Assembly: GCA_021823165.1 (NCBI GenBank)
Contig: JAKAOS010000003.1
Coordinates: 1-45,697 of the forward strand
Origin: Actinomycetes bacterium
GTDB taxonomy: Bacteria; Actinomycetota; Acidimicrobiia; Acidimicrobiales; JAKAOS01
Reading direction: 5' to 3'
Length of the DNA: 45,697 nt
The notes below the pieces were generated by a model. The model was not told where the DNA came from. It searched no databases and was given only the letters and a program-made list of their open reading frames with translations. Position 1 is the first letter of the stretch; each line of letters begins with the position of its first letter. The translations under genes were made by a program, and so were the position numbers. Below, piece after piece: positions 31,567-41,512 of this stretch.

Positions 31567-32310
31567 TCAACTCCCCAGGTGTTCTGCGAAGAAATCCATC
31601 ACTCTCTGCCAGCCATCCACGGCGGCCTCCGGCCGGTAGGAGGGGCGATCGGGATCAAAAAAGGCATGGCCCGCTCCCTCGTAGAGGCGGAACTCGAATT
31701 GCTTGCCGGCCGCCCGCAAGGCGTCGGCCAGGACCTCGTTATCAGACGGGGAGGGAAACTTGTCCTCGGCCCCAAACACACCGAGCATCGGACAGGAAAG
31801 AGTTGGCGCCCGGTCCACCACGGGCTCAACCGACAGCGGGCTGCCCGGCGGCGGCGTGCCCACGACAAAGGCGCCGTAACAGTCCACCAGAGCCTGCAGT
31901 TGCAGTTCACAAGCGGCGAGGAAGGCCTGCCGTCCACCTGAACAGAAACCAATGACCCCGACCTTGCCGTTCGAGCCTTCAAGGGACCGGAGCAGATCGG
32001 CCGCCCCCGAGACGTCCCCCACGAGGCGAGCGTCCGCTATGCCCCCCTGTGCTCTCACAAGTGCCGCCGCATCCTGGTCCGAAGTGCCACCGGTGGCTTC
32101 CCTGGAGTAGAGGTTGGGACACAACGCCCTGAAGCCCGCAGCGGCAAATCGACGGGTTATCTCCCTTGTCGAACGGTCGTAGCCGGGAAGGTGGTGAATG
32201 ACGACCACCGAACCAACCGGCTGAGTGCTTGCCGGTGTGGCGAGATATCCCCTGATGCGGTCGCCACCCCAGCCGGAGATTTCGATCTCTCTGGCCTCCA
32301 AAACTTCCAT
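31567..32310 (-). CDS. Dienelactone hydrolase family protein
   Basis: Nucleophile GFCSGG, GAED, AGHAF (Cys-Asp-His triad); GGAGG RBS before ATG 32310. Confidence 0.92.
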   Translation of the reverse strand: MEVLEAREIEISGWGGDRIRGYLATPASTQPVGSVVVIHHLPGYDRSTREITRRFAAAGFRALCPNLYSREATGGTSDQDAAALVRAQGGIADARLVGDVSGAADLLRSLEGSNGKVGVIGFCSGGRQAFLAACELQLQALVDCYGAFVVGTPPPGSPLSVEPVVDRAPTLSCPMLGVFGAEDKFPSPSDNEVLADALRAAGKQFEFRLYEGAGHAFFDPDRPSYRPEAAVDGWQRVMDFFAEHLGS

Positions 32311-32428
32311 GTTGACCTCCCATCGGATCCGCCTGATGCCGCATGCGGGCGCGCCCATCACCTCGTGAATCAGATGGGCTCGGCGACAAGTTCCCAGTTG
32401 GCCCCTCAGGATGGGGCCGGAACGGCAC

Positions 32429-32438
32429 AACTATAGTT
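32429..32438. promoter_or_regulatory. Palindromic -10-like element between divergent hydrolase and MFS genes
   Basis: AACTATAGTT reads TATAGT on both strands. Confidence 0.4.
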
Positions 32439-32625
32439 AGCAGCACGCCAATGCGGGGAGCGAGATTGACACCGAAGCAAGATCTGCGGGCATCGGTGGA
32501 GCGCGGGGATGTTGAGGCCTTTCTGAGTTCCCCAGGCTCACCTCGCGACGCGGTGGTGGCGATCTCATCCAAGCGGTCGTGGCCCTGGGCGCCAGTGCGT
32601 TGCTGGGTGTCGACGGCGGTGTCTG

Positions 32626-34260
32626 ATGGTCGCTGATCGCCAGGGGCGCCAGGGCGCACACGAGGAATCCTGGGAACCTCCTCCCATTCAGGCCGCCGGG
32701 GCGGAAGGGAACAACCTCTGGGTCGTGCTGGCCGCCCTGATGCTGGCCACCATGCTGGCATCTTTGGACCAGACCGTGGTTGCAACGGCTCTCCCGACCA
32801 TTGCCGGCGATCTCCGGGGTCTCAATCACCTGTCCTGGGTGGTGACCGCCTACATGCTCACCTCGACCATCTCGACGCCTTTGTGGGGCAAGCTTGGGGA
32901 CCTTCACGGGCGCAAGCGCTTCTTCCAGGTCTCGATTGCAATCTTCCTCGCCGGTTCGGCACTGTGTGGCATCTCCCAGACCATGCAGGAACTCATCGTC
33001 TTCCGCGCCATTCAGGGGATCGGCGGCGGCGGGCTGTTGGTTGGAGCCCAGGCGATCATCGGAGACCTGGTCAGTGCAAGAGAGCGTGGCCGCTATCTCG
33101 GCTACTTCGGGGCCGTATTTGGTTTCACAAGCGTGGCCGGACCCCTCCTGGGAGGCTTTTTTACCCAACAGCTCAGCTGGAGGTGGGTGTTCTATGTGAA
33201 CATCCCATTTGGACTGGTCACCCTGGTCATGGTGGCAACCCGTTTCCACATGCCCACCAGGAGGCGGCCCCACTCCCTTGACTACGCCGGGACCGCCCTG
33301 TTGAGCGGGGGGGTGAGTGCGGTGATACTCATGACCACCTGGGGAGGCGGAGCACTGTCTTGGACCTCGCCAGAGATGCTGAGCCTTGGGGTGACCGCAG
33401 TGGTGCTGCTGGGTGCCTTTGCAGTTGTCGAGACCCGGACGGCTGAACCGCTGGTACCACTGGCGCTGTTCAGGGAGCGAGTTTTCACCGTCTCCAGCAT
33501 CGTTGCTTTCATGGTTGGCTTCGTGCTCTTCGGCGCGATCGTCTACATACCGCTTTACCTTCAGACGGTGCACGGTGCGGCACCGACCACCTCAGGGCTC
33601 GAACTGGTCCCCATGGTGGTCGGGATGCTCGCAACCTTCATCGCAAGCGGGCGACTCATCACCCGCTACGGCCGATACAAGATCTTCCCCGTCATGGGAA
33701 CTGCGACGATCGCTATCGGCCTCTACCTCCTGTCGCTGATGACGCCCGACACATCCATGCCCGTTTCCTCGGCATTCATGTTCGTGATCGGCCTGGGGAT
33801 GGGAGCGGTCCTCCAAGTGCTCGTGATCGCGGTGCAGAACGCCGTCCCCTACAACCAACTGGGCACGGCCACCTCGGCCGCCACCTTCTTCCGATCAATC
33901 GGAGGGGCCTTCGGCGTTGCGGTGTTCGGAGCCATCTTCAACAATAGGCTGTTCCAACTGCTGCCACGGTTCTTGCCGCCCAAGGCGCTGGCTGCGATAT
34001 CCCACAGGCGCATCACGGCCAACCCGGCCCAGCTCAAAGCCCTCCCCTCCCAGATGCATCAGGGTTATGTCACCGCCTTCAGCGACGCTCTGCACACCGT
34101 GTTCCTCACTGCGGTGCCCTTCGCCATGATCGCATTCCTGCTCACGTGGCTTCTCAAAGAGGTCCCTTTGCGGGATCAGGTCCTCGTGCCGCTTGATGCA
34201 CCCGAGGCAGGCCCGGAATCTCTGGGCACGAACCTGGTCCGCAAACACGGGTCGTCCTAG
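32626..34260 (+). CDS. DHA2 (EmrB/QacA) family MFS efflux transporter
   Basis: LDQTVVATALPTI, WVVTAYML, GKLGDLHGRK, RAIQGIGGG, GPLLGG, WRWVFYVNIP. Confidence 0.95.
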   Translation: MVADRQGRQGAHEESWEPPPIQAAGAEGNNLWVVLAALMLATMLASLDQTVVATALPTIAGDLRGLNHLSWVVTAYMLTSTISTPLWGKLGDLHGRKRFFQVSIAIFLAGSALCGISQTMQELIVFRAIQGIGGGGLLVGAQAIIGDLVSARERGRYLGYFGAVFGFTSVAGPLLGGFFTQQLSWRWVFYVNIPFGLVTLVMVATRFHMPTRRRPHSLDYAGTALLSGGVSAVILMTTWGGGALSWTSPEMLSLGVTAVVLLGAFAVVETRTAEPLVPLALFRERVFTVSSIVAFMVGFVLFGAIVYIPLYLQTVHGAAPTTSGLELVPMVVGMLATFIASGRLITRYGRYKIFPVMGTATIAIGLYLLSLMTPDTSMPVSSAFMFVIGLGMGAVLQVLVIAVQNAVPYNQLGTATSAATFFRSIGGAFGVAVFGAIFNNRLFQLLPRFLPPKALAAISHRRITANPAQLKALPSQMHQGYVTAFSDALHTVFLTAVPFAMIAFLLTWLLKEVPLRDQVLVPLDAPEAGPESLGTNLVRKHGSS

Positions 34261-34658
34261 CCCACCCGTAGACACGCCGACCGGCCTTCCTGTCCGCCAA
34301 AAGGCCGACGTGGCTAACACGGTTGCCAAGATCGCCTCGCCCCTGTCCGACCCATGGGCCCTGGGCTAAGCCGAAGACCCAACTGGCCTGCAAGCGTGCG
34401 TGCGTTCTCGCCCGAGGACCGTCCGCTCCACGAGAGCGAGCACGGCCATCCAGAGCGGGCCGATACCTCCCCCCTGGATGGGCAACGCAGCTCACCTCTG
34501 GAGAAGCCCAGAGAGGTGAATGACGGCCTTCACGTAGGGTCGTTGTCATCAACTCGTTGACTCTACGTCTAAATATTTGAATATTTTATACCAAGTGACT
34601 TGCGGTTGTGTTTGTCCATGCACTAGAACCTTGCCCATCGCTGTGCTGGAGCGCGGCC

Positions 34659-35116
34659 ATGGCGAAAAAGGCAATGCGCGCTTGTCGTCGGGGCTGGAAG
34701 TGGACGGCGTCCATTGTCTCTGTGTGTTCGTTGACCGTGCTTGGTTATATGCCTGCCGCCACCGCCGCAGGGGGTGGCGGATCTGTTCCCTCTGCCGCCC
34801 CGGGTGTAGCGAGTCTCGGCCCGGTCGGCAACGGCTCTTCCATCCAAGCGCCGACGCCGAGTGGATTTGGCATGGGCCAAGGAGGGCCACCCCTATCCGA
34901 CCACGCCCCGCTCAGCCCTGCCCCCGGCTCGGCCAAGTTCCCACCCCCGGTGCTCTCGCCCTTGGCCCAGGCCCAGGCCAATGCTCTAGCCCAGGCCAAG
35001 GCGTTGGGCCATGGGGTAAAGGTGGCGGGCAGCACCACAGGGACCTCTCAGACCATGGCAAATCCGGATGGGTCTTTCACAACCGATATCTCATCTGGGC
35101 CTGCCCGGGTGCACAC
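34659..35116 (+). pseudogene. 5' fragment of a large secreted protein (LamG/RHS-type N-terminus), truncated by IS256
   Basis: Signal-peptide-like start, then AKALGHGVKVAGSTTGTSQTMANPDGSFTTDISSGPARV, ending exactly at the IS inverted repeat. Confidence 0.6.
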
Positions 35117-36565
35117 GGTGGCGTCCCAGTTCCGGTGGAAAATCGGTGAGGGACGCAGGTTCCTGGTGGCGATGTTAGGCGGCGGCTGTGACGGTCTCGT
35201 CGACCTGACCGCGGGGATCTCCGGCGGTGGGTGGGTCGAGCAGCTGGTGGCGTAGCTCTTGGAGCTGGCGAACGGTCGCGGGCGTCATGGTGACGCCTCG
35301 CCAGCCCCGGCTGGCCCGGTCGAGCACGGCCCAGACGAGACCGAGACAGGAACGCTCGCCCGGCAGCCGGCCGATGACCTTCACCCTCCTCCTCGTCTCC
35401 CCGAAGGTGCGCTCGATGAAGTTGGAGTGGCGGATGCGCTTGTGGTGCTCGGCCGGGAAGCGCAGGTAGGAGAACAAGCTGGCCAGGTCGTCGTTCAAGC
35501 AGGCCACGGCCGAGGGGAACCGCCGGCCGAAGGTGGCGGAGAAGTCAGCTGCACGCTTGGCGGCCACGGCGATCGAGGCCTCGCCGGGGGGATCACCCGT
35601 CGGGTCGAAGATGGCCCAGTAGGCGGCCTTCACCTCGCCCTGGTGCTCGACGGGCACCTTGGCGAGCACGTTGCGGGCCCGGTGGATGGCGCAGCGCTGG
35701 CGCAAGCTGTGGGGGAAGGTGAGCTCGACGGCTGCGATCAGGCCGAAAGCGCCGTCGGAGACGACGAGCAGCGGGGCTCGCAGCCCCCGGGCGACCATGG
35801 CGTCCAAGAACGCCTTCCAGGCGTCGGTCGACTCACTCGCGCCCGAGTCCAGGCCGACGAGCACCGGGCGTCCCTCGGTCGTGATGCCCCACGCGGCGAG
35901 CACCGGCTCGGCCCGGGCGCCGTCGTGCATGCGGAAGTGCGACCCGTCCAAGAACAGGTACTCGAGGCTCACCTCCGACAGGTCCCGGGTCTTCCAGGTA
36001 TCGAGCTCGTCCTTGATGGCCTCGCAGATCCGGCTGACGGTCGACTTCGACAGCGCCGCCTCGGCGCCGAGGGCATCGGCGAGACTCGCTTCGACGTCGC
36101 GGACCGAGAGCCCCCGGACGAACCCGGCGATGACCAGGCTCTCGAGCGCGTTGGTGCGGCACACGCCGATCCCGAGCAGCCGGGACGCGAACGCCTCGTC
36201 GGTGCCGCGTAGCTTCGGACGCTCGATGGTGACCGGCCCGGCGGTGGTCTTGATCGTGGTGGGGCAGTGCCCGTTGCGGCTCCCCGACCGGACGCGCTCG
36301 CCGTGGCTGTAGCGCTCCCGGCCCAGGAACTCGGTGACCTCGGCCTCGATGGCGGTCTGCATGAGCAGGCGTACGCCGAGGCGGGCCACCTCCTCCAGCA
36401 CCTCGCCGAGCTCCCGCTCGGAGCTGAACAGGTCGTCGATCTCCGCGCGGATGCGCTCGATGGGCGATACTCGTGTCGACACGGGCGTAGGTCTCCTTCG
36501 TGAGTTGGTAGCTCTGGAAGGAACCTACGCCCGTCGTCTATTTACACCGCGGATGGGACGCCACC
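35117..36565 (-). mobile_element. IS256 family insertion sequence
   Basis: Imperfect 25-bp terminal IRs GGTGGCGTCCCAgttcCGGTGgAAA / GGTGGCGTCCCAtccgCGGTGtAAA; intact transposase; no target-site duplication. Confidence 0.92.
35175..36482 (-). CDS. IS256 family transposase
   Basis: RNGH...TTAG, GLSVRD, SKSTVSRI, YLFLDG, VVSDG, QRCAIH, SNFIERTFGETRRR (DDE). Confidence 0.95.
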   Translation of the reverse strand: MSTRVSPIERIRAEIDDLFSSERELGEVLEEVARLGVRLLMQTAIEAEVTEFLGRERYSHGERVRSGSRNGHCPTTIKTTAGPVTIERPKLRGTDEAFASRLLGIGVCRTNALESLVIAGFVRGLSVRDVEASLADALGAEAALSKSTVSRICEAIKDELDTWKTRDLSEVSLEYLFLDGSHFRMHDGARAEPVLAAWGITTEGRPVLVGLDSGASESTDAWKAFLDAMVARGLRAPLLVVSDGAFGLIAAVELTFPHSLRQRCAIHRARNVLAKVPVEHQGEVKAAYWAIFDPTGDPPGEASIAVAAKRAADFSATFGRRFPSAVACLNDDLASLFSYLRFPAEHHKRIRHSNFIERTFGETRRRVKVIGRLPGERSCLGLVWAVLDRASRGWRGVTMTPATVRQLQELRHQLLDPPTAGDPRGQVDETVTAAA

Positions 36566-37287
36566 GGGCGGCCTGGAAGGATGTCATTGTGCCGAAGCCC
36601 TATCCGAGAGAGTTCCGTAACGACGTTGTCCGTGTTGCCCGTGTCGGTGAGCCGGGGGTGACAATCGAGCAGATCGCCTCCGATTTCGGGGTCCATCCGG
36701 TGACGTTGCAGATGTGGTTGGCTGGGCGGACGCGTATTTGTCGCAGGCGAACCTTTCGCAAAATGGCTCTACTTGCTCCTAAGAGAGTTCGCCGCCGACG
36801 GGATCCCCCTGGCGGTGACGTGCCGGGTATTGACCCTCGCCCGCCAGCCTTATTGCCGATGGCTGAAAGATCTCCTCTCCGACCGCGAACTGGCTGAGGC
36901 TTACCTGCCAACGCCCTCTTCGACGCCCACCGAGATGACCCCTGGTTCGGCTACCGGTTCTTGGCCGACGAGGCCCGAAAGGGGGATTCGCCGCCTGTGA
37001 CCGCACCATGTGGCAGCTGTGCTCGGACAACGGGTGGTGGTCCAGGTTCGGGAAGATAAAGCGCCGGACCAAGCGGGCCAGACACCGGTGCATCCAGAGC
37101 GGTGAACCGGGAATTCGCCGCCGCAGCCCCGAACCGGCTGTGGCTGGCCTAGCTCAGCGAACATCGCAGCGCGGAGGGGAAGCTGTATCTCTGCGCCATC
37201 AAGGACTGCTTCGGCAACCGGATCATCGGCTACTCGATCTCGGATCGGATGCACTCCCAGATCGTGGTCCAAGCCATCGATTCCGCT
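36566..37287 (+). pseudogene. Degenerate IS3 family transposase (orfA/orfB fragments)
   Basis: MPKPYPREFRNDVVRVAR...IASDFGVH; VTCRVL..ARQPY.RW; GYRFLADE; APNRLW; GKLYLCAIKDCFGNRIIGYS; frameshifts and stops; both ends missing. Confidence 0.88.
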
Positions 37288-37486
37288 CAAGGTCCGGTTT
37301 CTGATCAGCGGATGACACTCGGGCATAGACGACTGTTCGTTTAGGCGTCTTATCAGGACTGGGAACATCTACCAGGATGAGGCCGCCGACCTTCTTGGCC
37401 GGCGCCGGCAGTTTTCCATCCTGGAACCAGCGATAGGCCGTCATGCGGGATATTCCCTGTAGTTCGGCCCACTCCGCTAGGTTCAC
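37283..37486 (-). pseudogene. Truncated IS607 family TnpA (serine recombinase, HTH plus catalytic start)
   Basis: MNLAEWAELQGISRMTAYRWF..GKLP...VVYARVSSADQKPDLER, then runs into IS3 sequence. Confidence 0.88.
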
Positions 37487-37640
37487 GGTGATGCTAGATC
37501 AGACGATGGCCCATCACAGCTGACCCATCTGGCAGCAGCTGGGAGCCCAAGGCTGGACGAAATGCTGCTTGCAGGCGGGTCCTGCCAGGTGACCGAGATC
37601 AATCCCGAATATGCCGAGGAACCCTGACCCCGGGTCGCCA

Positions 37641-39176
37641 TCAGGCCTCCCGTGCGGCCAAAGAGACCTGGAACATCTCTTCGAACAGGCTCTTCTTCCG
37701 CCGCAGTGCCCATGTTTCTAACTCCGCTCCGCCATCGGAGTGAAGCACCAGTTCCACCCTCCCCTTGGAGACCTGGACATCGACAGCCTGGACAGCCCCC
37801 TCATGAGAGCGGTCTAGAGCATCGGCCACCCGGAGGATGGCCACGAGCTTGAGCACCCGTTGGCGCTCCGCGTCCCCGGGGTTGTCCAGAGGCTCGAAGG
37901 AGCCCTTGGCGGGCGATCCCCTCCGGTGCCAGCGGACCATGGCCGCGATCGTTAACACCTCCTGGGGAGAAAATCCACGCAGGCCGCCGTTGACGACCAG
38001 ATAGGCACCATGGCGCTCGTGTCCGTCGATCGATACGTGTTCCCCAATGTCGTGCAACACCGCCGCATGGGACAGAAGTTCGCGATCCCTGGTGCCCAGG
38101 CCGTGTATTGCCATGAGTCCGTCGAAGAGGTCCAGGGAGAACGAGCGCACCCTTTCGGCGTGATCCGCCTGGTAGCGGCAGCGCTCGGCCAGGGCGCCCA
38201 CCGAGTCCCGCCTGAGCGTGGCCGGATCCGACGCCCAGTCATACCGGTCCTCCGAGGAGACGGTATCCAAGATGATGCCCTCGCGCAGTGACCACTCGCT
38301 CATGGTCATTTCCAAAAGTCCCAGGCGATCCATCAGGTGCAACAGAAGCACCGATCCCACCGGGATCAGATCGGCCCTGCGGGCATCCAGGCCAGCCATG
38401 CGGGCCCGCTCGGCTGAGGTGGAGCCAACCAGGCTTCGGTGAAGCACCTCGAGTTCGCCCCGGGATACACAGAGCTGATTCCACGAGGGAGGCGGGAGGA
38501 ATCCGGGCCTGGCCAAAGCCGCCATCCGGGCCAGCGCCAAAAGCGTCCCACTCGATCCGACCAGCTTTTTGGGCCTGAGGTCGCTCAACCGGCCCATGTG
38601 GGGGGCAAGGCACTGATCCATCCTTGCCCTGAGCCTCTGGTGATCCCCCTCCGACAGCGGGTCATGGGAGACCAACTCGGCATGGAGGCGCCCCACCCCG
38701 AGGCGCAAACTGGCACTCCATTCGAGTTTCGCCTGATCACCCACCATCATCTCCAAACTCCCACCGCCCAGGTCCAGGCATAGGACCGGGGATGGCTCCA
38801 GCGCCACGGCCGAGCGCACCGCGGTGTAAACCAAGCGGGCCTCCTCGTGGCCCGAGATGACCTGGATGTTGATTTTGCCCTCATTCTCGAGCCGGTCCAC
38901 CAGATCGGAACCGTTTTCCGCCTCGCGCAGCGCCGCTGTGGCCTTGACCACGATCTCGTCCACTCCCAGGGACCGCGCTACTGCCACCAAGCGCCGGATG
39001 GAGTCTGCCGCCGCGTCGGCCTTCGGCTTGCTTATCCGCCCGGTGCGGCCAACGTCATCGCCCAAGCGAAGCATGTCCTTTTCCCGGGCGAGGACTTCCA
39101 GCTTCCCCTTCTCTGTGGCTTCGGCCACAAGCATGTGAAAGGAGTTGCTGCCCAAATCCAGAGCCGCTATTCGCAT
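37641..39176 (-). CDS. ppx: Ppx/GppA exopolyphosphatase with C-terminal HD-type domain
   Basis: DLGSNSFH, ATAALREAEN, EEARL, DLGGGSLE, RADLI, LREG, LHDIG, LRVADALDRSH; TAGCAT 7 nt before ATG. Confidence 0.92.
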   Translation of the reverse strand: MRIAALDLGSNSFHMLVAEATEKGKLEVLAREKDMLRLGDDVGRTGRISKPKADAAADSIRRLVAVARSLGVDEIVVKATAALREAENGSDLVDRLENEGKINIQVISGHEEARLVYTAVRSAVALEPSPVLCLDLGGGSLEMMVGDQAKLEWSASLRLGVGRLHAELVSHDPLSEGDHQRLRARMDQCLAPHMGRLSDLRPKKLVGSSGTLLALARMAALARPGFLPPPSWNQLCVSRGELEVLHRSLVGSTSAERARMAGLDARRADLIPVGSVLLLHLMDRLGLLEMTMSEWSLREGIILDTVSSEDRYDWASDPATLRRDSVGALAERCRYQADHAERVRSFSLDLFDGLMAIHGLGTRDRELLSHAAVLHDIGEHVSIDGHERHGAYLVVNGGLRGFSPQEVLTIAAMVRWHRRGSPAKGSFEPLDNPGDAERQRVLKLVAILRVADALDRSHEGAVQAVDVQVSKGRVELVLHSDGGAELETWALRRKKSLFEEMFQVSLAAREA

Positions 39177-39230
39177 CGCTCCGATGCTAAGCCGAAAACC
39201 ATCGGTCGGCGGTGCCGATCGCCCCAATCC

Positions 39231-41474
39231 TTAGCGCCGCGGCGGCGAGGCGGGCGTCAAGCGGGCAGAGTTGCGTCCGCCGGGGGGAGCAGATGCCACA
39301 GCGGGGGTCAGGGTTTGCGGCTCCCGCCGGCGCCTGGCCCGCTCCAGGGCAAGCTCCCTCAACCGCTCCTGGGCGGAGTTGCCCTTGCGGATCGGGCTCC
39401 GGCGCCAGTTCCCATCTGCCGCGAGTTCCCAGGCCCCCTGCTCATCGGCCAGGCACAGCTCCAAGACCTCGTCGATTCGACGCAGCGAGGTGGCATCGGA
39501 CACCGGGACCATCAACTCCACCCGGCGGTCCAGGTTCCGCCCCCGCATGTCGGCAGACCCTATGAACACCCGCCGTCCCGGAGAACCGGGGCAGCCGAAG
39601 CTGAAGATCCGGGAGTGCTCCAAGAACGGGCCCAGGATCGACCGCACCCGGATCGTCTCGGAAAGGCCAGACACGCCGGGGCGGAGAGAACATATCCCAC
39701 GCACGATCAGGTCGATGGGCGTGCCGGCCATCGAGGCCTCATAGAGGGCATCTATGATTCCCGGGTCGTCCAGGCCGTTGACCTTGATGATCACACGACC
39801 CTCCGCCCCCAAGCTGGCCTGCTCCCCGATCAGTTCCACGATCTTGCGGCGCATGCCGCGGGGGGCGATCACAACCTTGCGATACTCCGATCGGCGCGAG
39901 TATCCGGTGAGGAAGTTGAATACCTCGGTCAGATCCGCCCCGAGGTCACGGTCCGCGCTGAGGATGCCGATGTCCTCATAGAAGCGGGCGGTCTCGGAGT
40001 TGTAGTTCCCGGTCCCGACGTGGCAGTAGAGGCGGATGCCATCCTCTTCGGAGCGGACCACCAGCGCCACCTTGGCATGGGTCTTCAGGCCCACGAGGCC
40101 ATACACGACGTGCACGCCCGCCTCTTCAAGGGCCCGTGCCCATGCGATATTGGCCTGCTCGTCGAAGCGAGCCTTCAGTTCCACCAGCACTGCGACCTGC
40201 TTGCCCGCCTCGGCGGCCTCGATGAGGGAGGCCACAATCGGGCTGTCCCCCGAGGTGCGGTAGAGGGTCTGCTTTATGGCCAGGGTTTGAGGGTCCCGGG
40301 CCGCCTGAGCTATGAACGCCTCGACAGATGTGGCAAAGGAATCGTAGGGGTGGTGGACCAATACCTCGCGTTCGCGCAACAGCGCGAAAAGGTCGGCCGG
40401 CTCGTCCCCTGCGGTGGCCAGCCGCGGCGGGGTCATCGGCGCCCACGCGGGGGCCTGCAGGTCCGGCCGGTCCAGTTTGGAAAGTGCCCACAGTCCGCTC
40501 AAATCGAGGGGTCCCTCGCTCTGGTAGACGTCGGAGGCGTCCAGGCCCAACTCGTCAAGAAGCAGTTCCAATACGCGCGGAGCCGCCCCTGCATCGATCT
40601 CCAGGCGCACCGCAGCACCAAAGCGGCGGCGGCGCAACTCCATCTCGACTGCTGCCAACAGGTCGTCTGCCTCGCCGTCGGCAAGTGCCAAATCCGCGTT
40701 CCTGGTGACCCGGAAGGTCACCTGGCCCTCCAGTTCCATCTTGGGAAAAAGGGTGTGCAGGTGGGCGCCGATCACCTGCTCGAGGGGGACGAAGCGCTCC
40801 CCGTCGGGCATGACCACGAACCGGGGCAAAAGCGGCGGGACCTTTACCCGGGCAAAACGCCGCTCCTCGCTGCGGGAGTCCTTGACGATGATCCCAATGT
40901 TCAGCGAGAGGCTCGAGATGTAGGGAAAGGGGTGAGCGGGGTCCACCGCAAGGGGGGTGAGCACCGGAAAGATCCGGTTGTGGAAGACATCGACCAGGTA
41001 GCTGCGGTCGTCGTCGTCCAATGAATGCCAATCCGAGAAGCGGATCCCAGCCTCGGCAAGTCCCGGGACGAGGTGATCATGGAAAATGATCTCTGCACGT
41101 TTGGCAAGGGTGTCGGCCTTTTTCCGGATCTCCCTGAGCGCTTCCCCCGGTGTCCTGCCGTCCGCTGCGGGCGCACTTACCCCCGCTTCGAGTTGGTCCT
41201 TGAGGCCAGCCACCCTGGTCTGGAAGAAGTCGTCGAAGTTGTTGGAAAAAATGGCCACGAACTTGGCCCGTTCCAAAAGGGGGAGCGAGGCGTCCTCGGC
41301 CATATCCAACAACCTGGCCAAAAAGTCCAGTTGCGAAAGGTGCTTGGATATGAAACGGCCCGGATCCTCCAGGGTCAGAACGGGGCGCATGGGAGCCGCA
41401 ACAGAGCCACCGACGACTCCATCGTCGCTCCCGCTCTCGCCCAGAGCGGAGTCGCCGTCAACCAGATTGGACAC
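39231..41474 (-). CDS. ppk1: Polyphosphate kinase 1
   Basis: HPFPYISSLSLN, HHPYDSF, IKQTLYRTSGDS, ELKARFDE, LKTHAK (phospho-His), GTGNYN, EHSRIF, GSADM, RRVE. Confidence 0.96.
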   Translation of the reverse strand: MSNLVDGDSALGESGSDDGVVGGSVAAPMRPVLTLEDPGRFISKHLSQLDFLARLLDMAEDASLPLLERAKFVAIFSNNFDDFFQTRVAGLKDQLEAGVSAPAADGRTPGEALREIRKKADTLAKRAEIIFHDHLVPGLAEAGIRFSDWHSLDDDDRSYLVDVFHNRIFPVLTPLAVDPAHPFPYISSLSLNIGIIVKDSRSEERRFARVKVPPLLPRFVVMPDGERFVPLEQVIGAHLHTLFPKMELEGQVTFRVTRNADLALADGEADDLLAAVEMELRRRRFGAAVRLEIDAGAAPRVLELLLDELGLDASDVYQSEGPLDLSGLWALSKLDRPDLQAPAWAPMTPPRLATAGDEPADLFALLREREVLVHHPYDSFATSVEAFIAQAARDPQTLAIKQTLYRTSGDSPIVASLIEAAEAGKQVAVLVELKARFDEQANIAWARALEEAGVHVVYGLVGLKTHAKVALVVRSEEDGIRLYCHVGTGNYNSETARFYEDIGILSADRDLGADLTEVFNFLTGYSRRSEYRKVVIAPRGMRRKIVELIGEQASLGAEGRVIIKVNGLDDPGIIDALYEASMAGTPIDLIVRGICSLRPGVSGLSETIRVRSILGPFLEHSRIFSFGCPGSPGRRVFIGSADMRGRNLDRRVELMVPVSDATSLRRIDEVLELCLADEQGAWELAADGNWRRSPIRKGNSAQERLRELALERARRRREPQTLTPAVASAPPGGRNSARLTPASPPRR

Positions 41475-41512
41475 AAGGCCAGGTTATTGCCCCTGGACAC
41501 CTGGGGGAACCC

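Noticed and set aside
36566-36590. AAWKDV after IS256 as a continuation of the truncated secreted protein
   Set aside because: Out of frame when the IS is removed, no target duplication, and better explained as the IS3 orfA leader and RBS
38847-41024. Long antisense ORFs (725 aa here; also 7948-9579, 4659-6092, 18894-20171, 32437-33573)
   Set aside because: Shadow frames opposite well-supported genes, expected in high-GC DNA; no motifs
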